This document shows positions 8,176-18,142 of a DNA stretch of 64,000 nt, piece by piece; the stretch's first letter is position 1, and each line of letters opens with the position of its first letter. The stretch comes from Dehalococcoidia bacterium. GTDB taxonomy: Bacteria > Chloroflexota > Dehalococcoidia > Plut-88900. Where the stretch lies: positions 2,976,001 through 3,040,000 of the forward strand of contig OZ240219.1 in the NCBI GenBank assembly GCA_965197645.1, given 5' to 3'. Both the position numbers and the translations under genes were made by a program. The notes under the pieces are model-generated. The model worked only from the letters and a program-made list of their open reading frames with translations. It had not been told where the DNA came from and did not search any database.

Positions 8176-10668
8176 TTGAAGCTGAACCCGAAGAACATCC
8201 TGTTTGGAGACGACAAAGAGAAGAAAGGCCCCGTCCTGCTGGCGGTGACGCCGCCGAGGGCCGGGGAGCGCACCCTGCTGGGCGTGGAGAACCTCCTCCA
8301 GTCCATCGCCGTGCCGGAGCCCTTCTCCCTAGAGCTGGCCGGGGACGTGGACGGCGTGATTTTGATGGCCCGCTGCCTGGACGACCAGGTGGTGCGGGGC
8401 CAGCTCTCGGCCCACTACCCCCAGGCGCGCATCCAGAAGGTGGAGCCGGAGGACGATCCCCTGCGCCTCGACGAGGGCGAGCAGGCGTGGTCGATCACGC
8501 TGCGGGCCGACGGCCCCGAGTACGTCCCCCTGAGAACCTTCCGCGACGACGACCTGCTCGACCCCGGCTCGGACCCCCTCATCGCCCTGATGGGCGCTCT
8601 GTCGGCCCTCCACGAGAGGGAGCGCGTGGTGGCGCGGCTGATGCTGCGCTCCCTGGGTCCCGACTGGTCGCAGCCCCACATGGAGAAGGCCCACAAGCGG
8701 CCCGGCATGGAGCCGAGGGAGCCCGCCTACACCTACCAGACCAAGCCGTTGCAGATGGACGGAGTGACGATGGCCGTCCTGGGCCTGGGCGCGCTTGCCG
8801 CCCTCAAGGGCTACCTGTGGGTGCAGGACGGGGAGATATGGAAGGCGGCGCTCCTGGGGACGGGAATGGTCCTGGGGCTGGCCGCAGGCGGCTGGGGATG
8901 GTGGCGCTGGAAGAAGGCCAGCAAGCGGGTGGAAGACCCTCTGCTCATCAAGGAGAAGGTCTCCCGCATCGCCTTCGACGCCGAGCTTCAGGTCGTCGCC
9001 GTCGTGCCCGCGGACGCCGAGCCGCAGCGGGCCAGGGAGCTTCTGGGAACGGTGGCCGCCGCCTACCGCCACTACGACAACCCCGCAGGGGCGCGGTTCA
9101 GGGTGGGGAAGGTAAAGCCGGCCGTCCCCAACCCGGACATGCTGCACCCGGCTGGCCCCGGACTGTTCGGGAGGCGGAGCGTCCTGGGAGTCCGGGAGGC
9201 GGCCTGCCTCTGGCACCCGCCCGGCGCAGGCGACGAGACGCCCCTGGTGGAGCGCTCCGGCGCGAGGGCGCTCAGCCCCTCGGCGAAGGGCGTCAGGGGC
9301 GGCGCCCTGGTGGGAGACACCACCGCAGGGGCGAAGAGGGAGATCCGCTTCCCCGCAGACCTGCTGCGCCGCCACCACCTCTACGTCGCCCGCACCCGCA
9401 TGGGCAAGTCAACCCTCATGCACCACCTCGTCACGCACAAGATGCGGGAGAAGGCCGAGGGCAGGGACCCCGACGCCATCGTGGTCATAGACCCCCACAC
9501 CGACCTGGTGGCCGGCATCCTCGAACACGTCCCCGAGTCCCTCGTCGGCAGGGTGCGGCTCATCGACCTGTCCGACGAGACGCGCTCCCCCGGCATCAAC
9601 CTGCTGGACACCCGCATCTTCGCCGACCGGGACCGCACCGCCGACTCGGTGGTGCGCGTCGCCAAGGGCCTGTGGGAGCAGTGGGGGCCGAGGATGCAGT
9701 CCATTCTCGAACAGACGGTGAAGACCCTTCACGAGGCCAACGAGCAAGTGGAGGCGGACAGGCAGTACACCATCCTCGACGGCCTCAAGCTCCTGTCGGA
9801 CGAGCCCTTCCGCAAGGACGTGCTCAAGAAGGTCTCCGACCCCTATCTCCTGGAGTGGTGGGCCAGGGACTTCGGCAGCTGGCACCGCCAGTACCGGGCC
9901 GAGGCCCTGGCGCCCGTGCAGACCCGCCTCTCCTACTACGCGTCCTCCAAGCGGGCGCGGGCCATCCTGGGCCAGCGCCGCTCCACCATCGACCTGCGAA
10001 AGACGATCCACGACGGCGGCGTCCTGCTCGTCTCAACCGCCCAGGGCGTCGTCGGCAGGGACGTGGCCGCCCTGGTGGGCGCGTCCCTCCTCAACCTCGT
10101 GGACGCCGTGATCCGGGAGCAGGCAAGCCTGCCATTGCACCGGCGCAGGGGCGCGCTGGTGGTGGTGGACGAGATGCAGTCGATGCCCGGCGTGGACTAC
10201 GAGTCGATGCTCTCCGAGCTGGGCAAGTTCGGAGCGAGCTTCATCCTCGCCACCCAGAGCCTCGCCAAGCTGGACGACCTCTCCCGCACCATGCGCGACA
10301 CCCTGCTCGCCAACGTGGGCTGCCTGGCCGTCTTCCAGGTCGCTGGCAACGACGCCAGGACGCTGGTGTGGGAGCTGGGCAAGGAGCGGGTGACCGAGGA
10401 CGACATCACCTCGCTGCCCGTCCACCACTGCTACGTCCGCGCCACCGTGGGGACGGAGCGGATGCCCGCCTTCTCGATGATGGTCAGAAAGCCCGAGGAG
10501 GGAGAAGCCGCCGTCGCCGACCGCATCCGCGAGGCCGCCTCCGCATACACGGTCTCCCACAGGCGGGTGGACTACGGCGACGCCGACGGCCACAGGAAGG
10601 TGGACGACTACCGCAAGGGCATAGACGACCTCGAAAACGACGAGCAGGGAGAGGAGGCCGGGGAATGA
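8176..10668 (+). CDS. virD4: VirD4/TraD-like type IV coupling protein
   Basis: 2 TM, RHHLYVARTRMGKST Walker A, VIDPH, VVVDEMQ Walker B, LSELGKFG..LATQ. Confidence 0.85.
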   Translation: MKLNPKNILFGDDKEKKGPVLLAVTPPRAGERTLLGVENLLQSIAVPEPFSLELAGDVDGVILMARCLDDQVVRGQLSAHYPQARIQKVEPEDDPLRLDEGEQAWSITLRADGPEYVPLRTFRDDDLLDPGSDPLIALMGALSALHERERVVARLMLRSLGPDWSQPHMEKAHKRPGMEPREPAYTYQTKPLQMDGVTMAVLGLGALAALKGYLWVQDGEIWKAALLGTGMVLGLAAGGWGWWRWKKASKRVEDPLLIKEKVSRIAFDAELQVVAVVPADAEPQRARELLGTVAAAYRHYDNPAGARFRVGKVKPAVPNPDMLHPAGPGLFGRRSVLGVREAACLWHPPGAGDETPLVERSGARALSPSAKGVRGGALVGDTTAGAKREIRFPADLLRRHHLYVARTRMGKSTLMHHLVTHKMREKAEGRDPDAIVVIDPHTDLVAGILEHVPESLVGRVRLIDLSDETRSPGINLLDTRIFADRDRTADSVVRVAKGLWEQWGPRMQSILEQTVKTLHEANEQVEADRQYTILDGLKLLSDEPFRKDVLKKVSDPYLLEWWARDFGSWHRQYRAEALAPVQTRLSYYASSKRARAILGQRRSTIDLRKTIHDGGVLLVSTAQGVVGRDVAALVGASLLNLVDAVIREQASLPLHRRRGALVVVDEMQSMPGVDYESMLSELGKFGASFILATQSLAKLDDLSRTMRDTLLANVGCLAVFQVAGNDARTLVWELGKERVTEDDITSLPVHHCYVRATVGTERMPAFSMMVRKPEEGEAAVADRIREAASAYTVSHRRVDYGDADGHRKVDDYRKGIDDLENDEQGEEAGE

Positions 10669-12317
10669 GACCCGAAGGATGCGAGGCCCGGCTGCTCCGC
10701 GCCCTGGCGTCCATGCCCTTCCTGGACAGGACGGAGATGGTCGCCGTCACCGGCCGGTCCAGGGGCGCGGTCTACGAGGCTGTCGAGAGGCTGGAAGCCT
10801 CCGGCCTCTGCGCCTCCGTGCTCCACGCCACGGAGCTGGTCCCCCAGGCCCGCAGATTCCACCTCACCGAATCTGGCCTGCGCAGGCTCGCCGAAGAAGA
10901 GGGCATGTCGCTAGACGAGCTGGTGCGCTCCCATCCCGTGTCCGCCCAGTGGCGGCGCAGCCTGATGGAGCGCCTCGACGCCGTGGCCGTCATATATCAC
11001 CTGGCCTCCGCCGTCTCGGACGTGGCCTACCCCATCCGGTTCCGCTGGTACCGCTCCATCCCCCTCGACGCCGCCATGACGCTGCCCGACGGGAGGACCG
11101 TGGGCATCGTCCGGCAGGGACTCACCGCCGACAGGTCGGGCTTCTCCGGGCGGCTCAGGCGGCTGCAAGGCGGCCCCATCCCCGGAACGCTTCTGGTCCT
11201 CATGGCCGACGACGTGCGGCTCAGGCACGCCCGCAGGGTGCTGTCGAACATCGACGTGCCGGCCCTTCTCGCCGTGGAACGCGAGGTGGTGCGAGCCGGG
11301 GCGGACGAGCGGATATGGACGCCCTCGGAGATCAGCGCCGACATCTCCCTGCGCTACGAGCTGGAACGGGCGGCCCCCGGAGGCGGGCTGCCCCACGAGC
11401 CGGAACCCGGACGGGCCGACGCGCCCTCCGACCTTTCCGGCAGGGCAGCGGCGGCGGACATCCCCGACCACATGCTGCCCGTCACCCTCAGCTCCGCCGA
11501 GAAGCGCGCCCTGGACCTGATATCCGATTGGCCCTGGACCGCCCTCGATGAGCTGGCCGGGCTGATGGGCGTGACGCCCCAGAGGGCGTCCCAGGTCGTC
11601 ATACCCCTCGAAGGATTCGGCCTCGCAGCCCGCCACCGCGACAGGGGCGGACGGCTGGCCCTCACCGACCGGGGGCTGGCGCTGCTGGCCCGCAGGGACC
11701 GCACCTCCGTAGTCCTGGCCAGGAGGCGGTGGAGCATCGCCCCGCAGGACCCCGACGCCCCCTTCGAGTGGCGCAACCTGTCCGGCGGCAGGAGCCGCCA
11801 GCTTCTCAGGAACATGGAGCACACCGCCGCCGTCCACGGGTTCCTGGCCGCGCTCACCGCCCAGGCCCCCCTCCTGGGGTGGGAGGTCGTCCAGCTCGAC
11901 CCGCCCAGGAGGGCCTCCCGCCACTTCCGGCACGACGACCGGGCGCGCGCCGTCAACCCCGACGCCTTCGGCGCGCTCAGAAGGGACGAGACTACCTGGC
12001 CCTTCTTCCTGGAGTGGGAGCGCCGCGCCGTGCGGCCCTCAACCATGTCGGAGCGTCTCGCTCCATATCTGCGCTACTACTCATCTCACAGGCCCACCGA
12101 CGACCACGGCGCGAGACCCGCGGTCCTGGTCGTCTTCGACGACGACATCGCCGCCACCCACTTCCTGCGCGTGGCGCGGGAGGAGACCCACGAATCGAGA
12201 GTAAACGTGCCCCTGTGGGTGTCCCACAGGGAGGCCACCGACGCCCTGGGGCCGCTGGGACGCGCATGGCGCTCCCCCGGCGACTGGAACTCGACCCAGG
12301 CCCTGCCGCCTCAATGA
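10665..12317 (+). CDS. Replication-relaxation family (wHTH + PD-(D/E)xK) protein, tandem domains; putative relaxase
   Basis: Two wHTH repeats; C-terminal HTAAVH...NPDAFG...FFLEWER...RLAPYLRYY; translationally coupled to coupling protein. Confidence 0.75.
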   Translation: MRPEGCEARLLRALASMPFLDRTEMVAVTGRSRGAVYEAVERLEASGLCASVLHATELVPQARRFHLTESGLRRLAEEEGMSLDELVRSHPVSAQWRRSLMERLDAVAVIYHLASAVSDVAYPIRFRWYRSIPLDAAMTLPDGRTVGIVRQGLTADRSGFSGRLRRLQGGPIPGTLLVLMADDVRLRHARRVLSNIDVPALLAVEREVVRAGADERIWTPSEISADISLRYELERAAPGGGLPHEPEPGRADAPSDLSGRAAAADIPDHMLPVTLSSAEKRALDLISDWPWTALDELAGLMGVTPQRASQVVIPLEGFGLAARHRDRGGRLALTDRGLALLARRDRTSVVLARRRWSIAPQDPDAPFEWRNLSGGRSRQLLRNMEHTAAVHGFLAALTAQAPLLGWEVVQLDPPRRASRHFRHDDRARAVNPDAFGALRRDETTWPFFLEWERRAVRPSTMSERLAPYLRYYSSHRPTDDHGARPAVLVVFDDDIAATHFLRVAREETHESRVNVPLWVSHREATDALGPLGRAWRSPGDWNSTQALPPQ

Positions 12318-12337
12318 AAGACGAGGGACGGGAAGAT

Positions 12338-12604
12338 ATGAAACATAAAGACGCCAACCAATCGAAAGGCCCCCGGAGGCGCGGAGGACGGACTGTTGTC
12401 CGGCTCGATACGGCGGCCGTCTGGAAGCGGCTCGCTCTGCTGAACCGCTCCCAGAACTGGCTCGCCAGGGAGATCGGGGTCAGCCCCGGATACGTCTCGA
12501 TGCTGGTCAACACGGGGCGCTCGCCCTCCGGTCGCATCCGCCGCCGGATGCTCAAGGCCCTGGAACTGACCGAGTTCGGAGACCTATTCAGATTGGAGGA
12601 GTAG
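12338..12604 (+). CDS. XRE-family HTH regulator
   Basis: SQNWLAREIGVSPGYVSMLVNTGRSPS. Confidence 0.8.
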   Translation: MKHKDANQSKGPRRRGGRTVVRLDTAAVWKRLALLNRSQNWLAREIGVSPGYVSMLVNTGRSPSGRIRRRMLKALELTEFGDLFRLEE

Positions 12605-12606
12605 CA

Positions 12607-12936
12607 ATGAACAACTTCAACGACCCGTCCCGTCACAACGGGACCACGCACCACACCACCCTCGAAGACCTGGCGCTGCCCATAGAGAGCGGCGTCTTCC
12701 CCGAGGACTTCCCCCGGTGCCTCGTGCGCCTCAAGGAGGCCAGCGGCCTCTCCTGGCGCGGCATGGCCAGAGCCCTCGGCGTGGACCCCAAGCAGCTGCG
12801 CAGGTGGCGCAGGGGCGTCGAGCCCGGTGGGGGAGCCATGCTCTCCCTCCTGCGCTTCGCCAGCCGCGTCCCCGGAGGCGTCCAGATCCTCATGGGCGAC
12901 GGCTTCCAGATGACCCTCTTCGAGGACGTTAGCTAG
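12607..12936 (+). CDS. XRE-family HTH regulator
   Basis: LKEASGLSWRGMARALGVDPKQLRRWRRGVEP. Confidence 0.8.
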   Translation: MNNFNDPSRHNGTTHHTTLEDLALPIESGVFPEDFPRCLVRLKEASGLSWRGMARALGVDPKQLRRWRRGVEPGGGAMLSLLRFASRVPGGVQILMGDGFQMTLFEDVS

Positions 12937-13092
12937 ACCGGAGGCCCCGCCGGGCGCACCGCGCAACGGCGGCGCGGCGGGGCCGGAACCGACGCCGCCT
13001 GCGCTCGCCCCTTCCGTCGGCGCAGGCGGCCTGTCACAGACCTGAAACGAGAGGCCAGCGGCCCAACCGATTCGCCGCTGCGACTATGCACC

Positions 13093-13296
13093 ATGAAAGA
13101 TACCACCGGAAAGAACCAAAGCAACGGAGAGGAGCAGACGGGCGAGGACGCCCCGGAGGTGTCCTACACCCCGGAGCAGCGGAGGCTCATCCGCAAGGGC
13201 CTGCGCATCTGGGCAAGGGTCGCCATCCGCTCCTACATGCGAAAGCACGGGGCCGGTTCCCTCACCGTAGACGACGACGCCGAGGAGGAGGACTGA
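13093..13296 (+). CDS. Small hypothetical protein
   Basis: 67 aa with ICE-like codon usage, amphipathic GLRIWARVAIR helix. Confidence 0.5.
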   Translation: MKDTTGKNQSNGEEQTGEDAPEVSYTPEQRRLIRKGLRIWARVAIRSYMRKHGAGSLTVDDDAEEED

Positions 13297-13363
13297 TGAC
13301 CCCCGCAGGAGCCGGGAGACTGAGATGTGCGGGAAGAAGGCACGCGGCCAGCGCCGCAACGTC

Positions 13364-13720
13364 CTAGTACAGGATCATGTGAGTGGGGACCAGCCGTTGA
13401 GCCTCCGGGTCCACCGCCAAGGCCAGACCCTCCAGAGTGTAGGCCCCCAGCAGCGGAGGGGCCTCGTCCTCTCCAAAGACCACGATGGTGACCACGCTCT
13501 CCCCGTCTATCGTGGCCCACGCCTGGCCGTAGTCCATCTCGATGCGACGCCCGTCCGCCAGCAGGAACCGGCGCTTGCCCGTGGCCTCGATACCCAACTC
13601 GCGGAGAAGGTTCGAGGGAAGCGTCGTGAACGATGCGCCGGTGTCCACCGTCGCCTCTATGTCCCGGGCCTGTTGGCCGTCCATGCTGGCAATCCGCAGC
13701 GGCCACTTGAAAGTCCCCAT
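13364..13720 (-). CDS. Clan AA (retropepsin-like) aspartyl protease
   Basis: VDTGAS active site and PLLGA..LE motif, 118 aa. Confidence 0.85.
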   Translation of the reverse strand: MGTFKWPLRIASMDGQQARDIEATVDTGASFTTLPSNLLRELGIEATGKRRFLLADGRRIEMDYGQAWATIDGESVVTIVVFGEDEAPPLLGAYTLEGLALAVDPEAQRLVPTHMILY

Positions 13721-13857
13721 AGGGAAGCCTCTCCATTGCTATTTCTACCATCCCATTTTACCCGATTTGGAGGCCCTCTTACAGACGCCCGGCCGTTGCG
13801 TTCATGACAAGAGTATGATATTGTAATACACAGGAAGGCAAAAAAGAGAGAGAGTCC

Positions 13858-14055
13858 ATGCCCAGAAAGTCCAAGGTCATCAGCTTCTCAATGCCCCCGG
13901 AGATGGCGGAGCAGGTGCAGCAGGTGGTCGACGAGGAGGGCCGCACCGTGAGCGAGTTCCTCCGAGACGCCATCCGCCTGTACATGGACGAACGGGAGTG
14001 GCTGCGGCACGAGCGCCGCCAACGGGCGAAGGCCCGCAGGAACGAACAGGAATGA
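13858..14055 (+). CDS. CopG/RHH DNA-binding protein
   Basis: VISFSMPPEM...EEGRTVSEFLRDAIR. Confidence 0.85.
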   Translation: MPRKSKVISFSMPPEMAEQVQQVVDEEGRTVSEFLRDAIRLYMDEREWLRHERRQRAKARRNEQE

Positions 14056-14072
14056 GCAAGGAGGAGGCACCC

Positions 14073-15728
14073 ATGAACCAGAACGCCGACTACACCCCCG
14101 CAGCCCTCTACGCCAGGGTCTCCAGCGACCGCCAGGACGTGGACCTGTCCGTGGCCGCCCAGCTCAGGGCGCTCAGGGACCACGCCCGCAAGAACGGCTA
14201 CATCGTCGCCCGCGAGTACGTGGACGAGGCCGAGAGCGGTCGCATCGCCGACCGCCCCGAGTTCCGCAAGATGATCGACGCGGCCAGCAAGACCAACGCT
14301 CCCTTCCGGGAGATTTTGGTATGGAAGTTTTCCCGCTTCACCCGCAAGCGGGAGCACGCCGTCGCCTTCAAGTCCATGCTACGGCGCAAGGGCGTCCGGG
14401 TGGTGTCCATCACCGAGCAGGCCGATGACACCCCCACCGGCAAGCTCCTTGAGGGAATCATCGAGTCCGTGGACGAATTTTACAGCGAAAATCTTGCCCA
14501 GGAGGTTACGCGGGGGATGCGGGAGGCGGCATCCAGGGGCTTCTGGGTCGCCAGCAGGACGCCCTACGGCTACAACAGGGTCATGGTGCAGGACGGACCC
14601 AAGAAGAGGCCCACCCTGGAACCCGACCCCGACGCGGCCCGCGTGGTCAAGCGCATCTTCGACATGGCCGAGGCCGGCACGGGGATGCTGAAGATCGCCC
14701 AGGCCCTCAACGACGTGGGCATCGCCAGCCCTGCGGGGAAGCTCTGGTCCAAGAACGGCATCCACTTCATCCTCAGAAACGAGGTCTACACGGGCGCCCT
14801 GGTCTGGGGCGCGAAGGGCAAGGGCAAGGATGAGCCGGTGCGGGTGGAGAAGGCGTTCCCCTCCATCGTCTCCAAGACCCGCTTCCGCCGCGTGAACCGG
14901 CTGATGCGCTCCCGCGCTCCCAAGAGGGCGCACCCCCGCAGGGTCGGGAGCACCTACCTGCTCAGCGGACTGGTCAAGTGCAAGGCGTGCAACAGGGCGC
15001 TCAGCGGCCAGGACGCCAAGAGCGGACAGTTCGCCTACTACGTCTGCCAGTCGATAATGAAGCGGGGCAAGGACGCCTGCGACACCCCCAGGCTCAACGC
15101 CCGCCGCTTTGAGGAGCTGGTGGTCGGCAAGATTCGCTCCAACATCCTAACCGAGAGCAGCATCACCGAGCTGGTGAAAGTCGTGGACGAGGAGATGGAC
15201 GGCGTGGCCCGCGAGCAGCGCAAGAGGCTTCAGACCGTCGAGGATGAGCTTGAGGACGTGAAGCGGAAGCTGGGCCGCATCTGGCACGTCATCGAGACGA
15301 CCGACATCGACATGGCCGACGCCGCAGGCCGCATCAAGGAGCACCGGGACCGGCAGGAGCGCCTTGAGGACGCGGCGGCGGAGGCGAGGGCCATCCTGGC
15401 CGACCGCAGGGCCGTCCTGGACGACGTGAACACCATCACCGCCTACGCCAAGGACATGAGGGACTTCCTGAACGAGAGCGAGCTGACCGAGCGCAGGGCC
15501 TTCATCGAGTCCTTCGTCAAGGAGATCGTCGTCATGCCCGGAGACGCCCTGATGCGCTACACCGTGCCCATGCCGGACGATTCCCTGATACCGGGAAGGG
15601 CCGCCGAAAAGGTGGCCCTGAACGGCTCAGTTCTGTCTACCGTCAAAAATGGTGGGCCTGCCAATACTGAATTCAGTCTGTCTCAGAAGGCCATTGCCCT
15701 CAGTCTGATCTCTGACCCGAGGGTCTGA
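14073..15728 (+). CDS. Large serine recombinase (integrase); last ~17 codons derive from the inserted IS
   Basis: YARVSS catalytic motif, SRFTR, PYGY, zinc ribbon LLSGLVKCKAC...YYVC...C, coiled coil. Confidence 0.92.
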   Translation: MNQNADYTPAALYARVSSDRQDVDLSVAAQLRALRDHARKNGYIVAREYVDEAESGRIADRPEFRKMIDAASKTNAPFREILVWKFSRFTRKREHAVAFKSMLRRKGVRVVSITEQADDTPTGKLLEGIIESVDEFYSENLAQEVTRGMREAASRGFWVASRTPYGYNRVMVQDGPKKRPTLEPDPDAARVVKRIFDMAEAGTGMLKIAQALNDVGIASPAGKLWSKNGIHFILRNEVYTGALVWGAKGKGKDEPVRVEKAFPSIVSKTRFRRVNRLMRSRAPKRAHPRRVGSTYLLSGLVKCKACNRALSGQDAKSGQFAYYVCQSIMKRGKDACDTPRLNARRFEELVVGKIRSNILTESSITELVKVVDEEMDGVAREQRKRLQTVEDELEDVKRKLGRIWHVIETTDIDMADAAGRIKEHRDRQERLEDAAAEARAILADRRAVLDDVNTITAYAKDMRDFLNESELTERRAFIESFVKEIVVMPGDALMRYTVPMPDDSLIPGRAAEKVALNGSVLSTVKNGGPANTEFSLSQKAIALSLISDPRV

Positions 15729-17164
15729 TCAGACGAAAGGGGTAAAGAGATATTTCGCCTTAAGCCCCGAGACGTGAGACAGGACGAGGTTCGGGACCGT
15801 CAGGTAGAGGGCTGAAGATGGACGGAGGAACTCCACACCCTCCAAAAAATGTGCGCAAGTTGAACGTGGTGACCTAGCACTTCATCGTGGGGCCCTATGG
15901 CTAGGCTTCGCTCGATCTCCTTGGCATTGGTACAGGCTCTGAGGGCTGGGCATGCCTGACAGACAGCACCTGCAGCCCGGTACATTCGCAATGGGACTCC
16001 GTTCACATGTTGTATGCGGACGAACGCGAGCGCCTGTACCTGGGGACACTTGAAGCTGTCACTGTGCCCGCTATAGGTGAATCTGTCCTTGTGATATGGG
16101 TCTTTGAGGAACCGTTGGCGTGCCTCTGAGACCACCACCTACTGACCGCGACGGTCGCACTCCGTCAGGTGGCTGGCGGCGAAGTATCCGGCATCGGCCA
16201 AGGTCATCTGCGACTTCGTTCCCGTCGTCTCCTCGGTCTGCTCCATCATCGGCACAAGTAGGGCATTGTCATTGACCTCATCTACCATGTCCACTGCGGT
16301 GACCAACATACCAGGTATTCCCTCTTCGGTCTTCGTAGCCGAGACCATCGCTTGGGCGTTGTATCCAGCCAGCCACGATGCTACCATGCCTTCCCTTCAT
16401 CACCCAGGCCTCTGGATTGGTCAGGATGATGCGACTATGGCGTTTCTGACTGGCGAGGTCAGCCCTCGCCAGCCTCACCTGCTCTTTCAGAACCTTCTTG
16501 TCGGCCAATTCCTCAGGCAGGCGGGCAACGGCAGCGTCTTCTCCCGCCTCGTTCTGAGCCTCAAGGTCGGTTATCGCCTGCTCCAGACGCTCCAGCAGCC
16601 CCCTCAGTTCCGCGGCATCGTAGTTCCTGTTCACCGAGGCGTTGGAGGCTACCTTCATCCCGTTCACCGCCTGGATCGCCAAATCCACTGGCTCCATCGT
16701 TACTGCCGTGCTTGCCGTCCGCTCGAATAGCTTCCTCATGGACTGCCGATGCCCTTTATAGAACCGCCACAGGATATTGTGGTCGGGGTGCTGCCACCCA
16801 GTCAGCCACAGGCGCACGGGATCTGATCCCGGCAGCCCACCCCCAGCTTCCTGCAGGAGCGCACTCCCGTCATGAACCCGTACTACCATACGCTCAACAA
16901 TGCACGGGGGTGGTACGTGGCGTTCCCATGGAATCGCCATCTATGTCCACGCCGAGCTTTGACCAGACCTCCTTGTTCAATGCGTCGATGAACTCCGCCA
17001 CAAACCTCGCTGGGTGATCCTTAGGAAATAACTCGTCTAGGGACGGCGGCACCAACCACATCTGCTCTCGGTCCATATCTCGAAGAGGCATCCCGTCCAC
17101 TCCTCACCCGTTATTGCACCACAGTCTACACCCAAGTTTTCACAAAGACTTCTGAGACAGACTC
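15674..17164 (-). mobile_element. IS1182-family insertion sequence (degraded)
   Basis: 15-bp terminal inverted repeats AGTCTGTCTCAGAAG (15675-15689 / 17149-17163) flanked by AATT duplication (15670-15673, 17165-17168). Confidence 0.88.
15800..17100 (-). pseudogene. IS1182-family transposase, fragmented
   Basis: Four frames with LVPPSLDEL..DHPARFV, PDH..LWRF, GYNAQ, LADAGY, FTY...D.FKCP; C-terminal catalytic region missing. Confidence 0.85.
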
Positions 17165-18142
17165 AATTGCGAACTTTTGTACACGATTCAGTACTTGACC
17201 AACCGGTTGCCTACTGTCCGCTAGCTTTAGCTTGACCGGCCACGAATCCCTAAATGTTACGTGTCTATTGAGTACTGTGAATGCGCATACCCGATTCAGC
17301 ACTTTCGCAACTCCGTGGTACTAGGACAAACACCGGCCGCCAGAGGTGATCGGGCGACATGGAGGCGCCGAACCGCACGGCGCGCGGATGTCGATGATCT
17401 GGACCTTTAGCCAGTCGTCTCCTGGTCATAGAGCCACCCTGTGGATCCGTGTTCGGATTATCATCACCGTACGGTTTGAGGGTCAAGCACCTCCTATCTG
17501 TTCAGTCTGTCCAGCAGGGTCCTGGGAAGAAGCCCTCAGCTTATCGCGCACATAGGTGGCCGGTCTCACACCGCTGTGCAGGGCGAGACCGTTCTGGTGG
17601 CTCATGGGCAACTCAACGTTGTGTTCCGAGCCGCCGTGAAATGCGCGGCTCGAGTCCAGTCTCGGTCAACTCCGCGTCTTGGCGGACCAGTGCTGGATGA
17701 TCTGGTATCTGAACTGCCCTACCGTCCGCTTGTGAGGCGTGGTGGCCGCGACGGGATGGAGAAGCCTTCAACTCTGGAGGGTCGGAGGCCCCTGGACTCA
17801 CCCGGAGTCCCTCGGCCAACTTCTTACAGCGCGACCTCCCACCGGAAGAAACATGGTTCACGGCAAGAATCGCGTCCCTTATTGGATAGACCGGTATTTG
17901 ACTGAACTCGCAGGACCTGACTATGATGCTACCACCTCGTTTGGGCAGCCCTTTGAGCCTGAAGACTCCCAATATCAAGAATCCTAGCATACGCTTCGAG
18001 GGTCGGTGGAAACGGTTTCAGCCGAGGACCCTGTGCCTGGAGTCTGGGGACGGGCTGCAAGGGAAGACAGAGACTGGGTAAGACCAGCCTACCCCTCGGG
18101 CGACCGTCGCCGGGAGACTCAAGTCGGACAGGCGTATAATCA

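Larger units (their letters stand above)
1..15659 (+). mobile_element. ICE-A: integrative conjugative element (left end outside window)
   Basis: Co-oriented VirB6-like, pilins, PrgI, VirB4, VirD4-like, relaxase-like and large serine recombinase genes; uniformly high GC that drops abruptly after ~15660. Confidence 0.85.

Noticed and set aside
2166-12317. Long alternative-frame and antisense ORFs (e.g. 3368-5278, upstream part of 8487-12317, also 49394-51100)
   Set aside because: Arg/Pro/Gly-rich shadow ORFs expected from high GC3 coding; they overlap genes with clear motifs
17280-18140. ORFs between the IS and the ATPase, and 46170-46493
   Set aside because: No motifs or convincing RBS; probably gene debris
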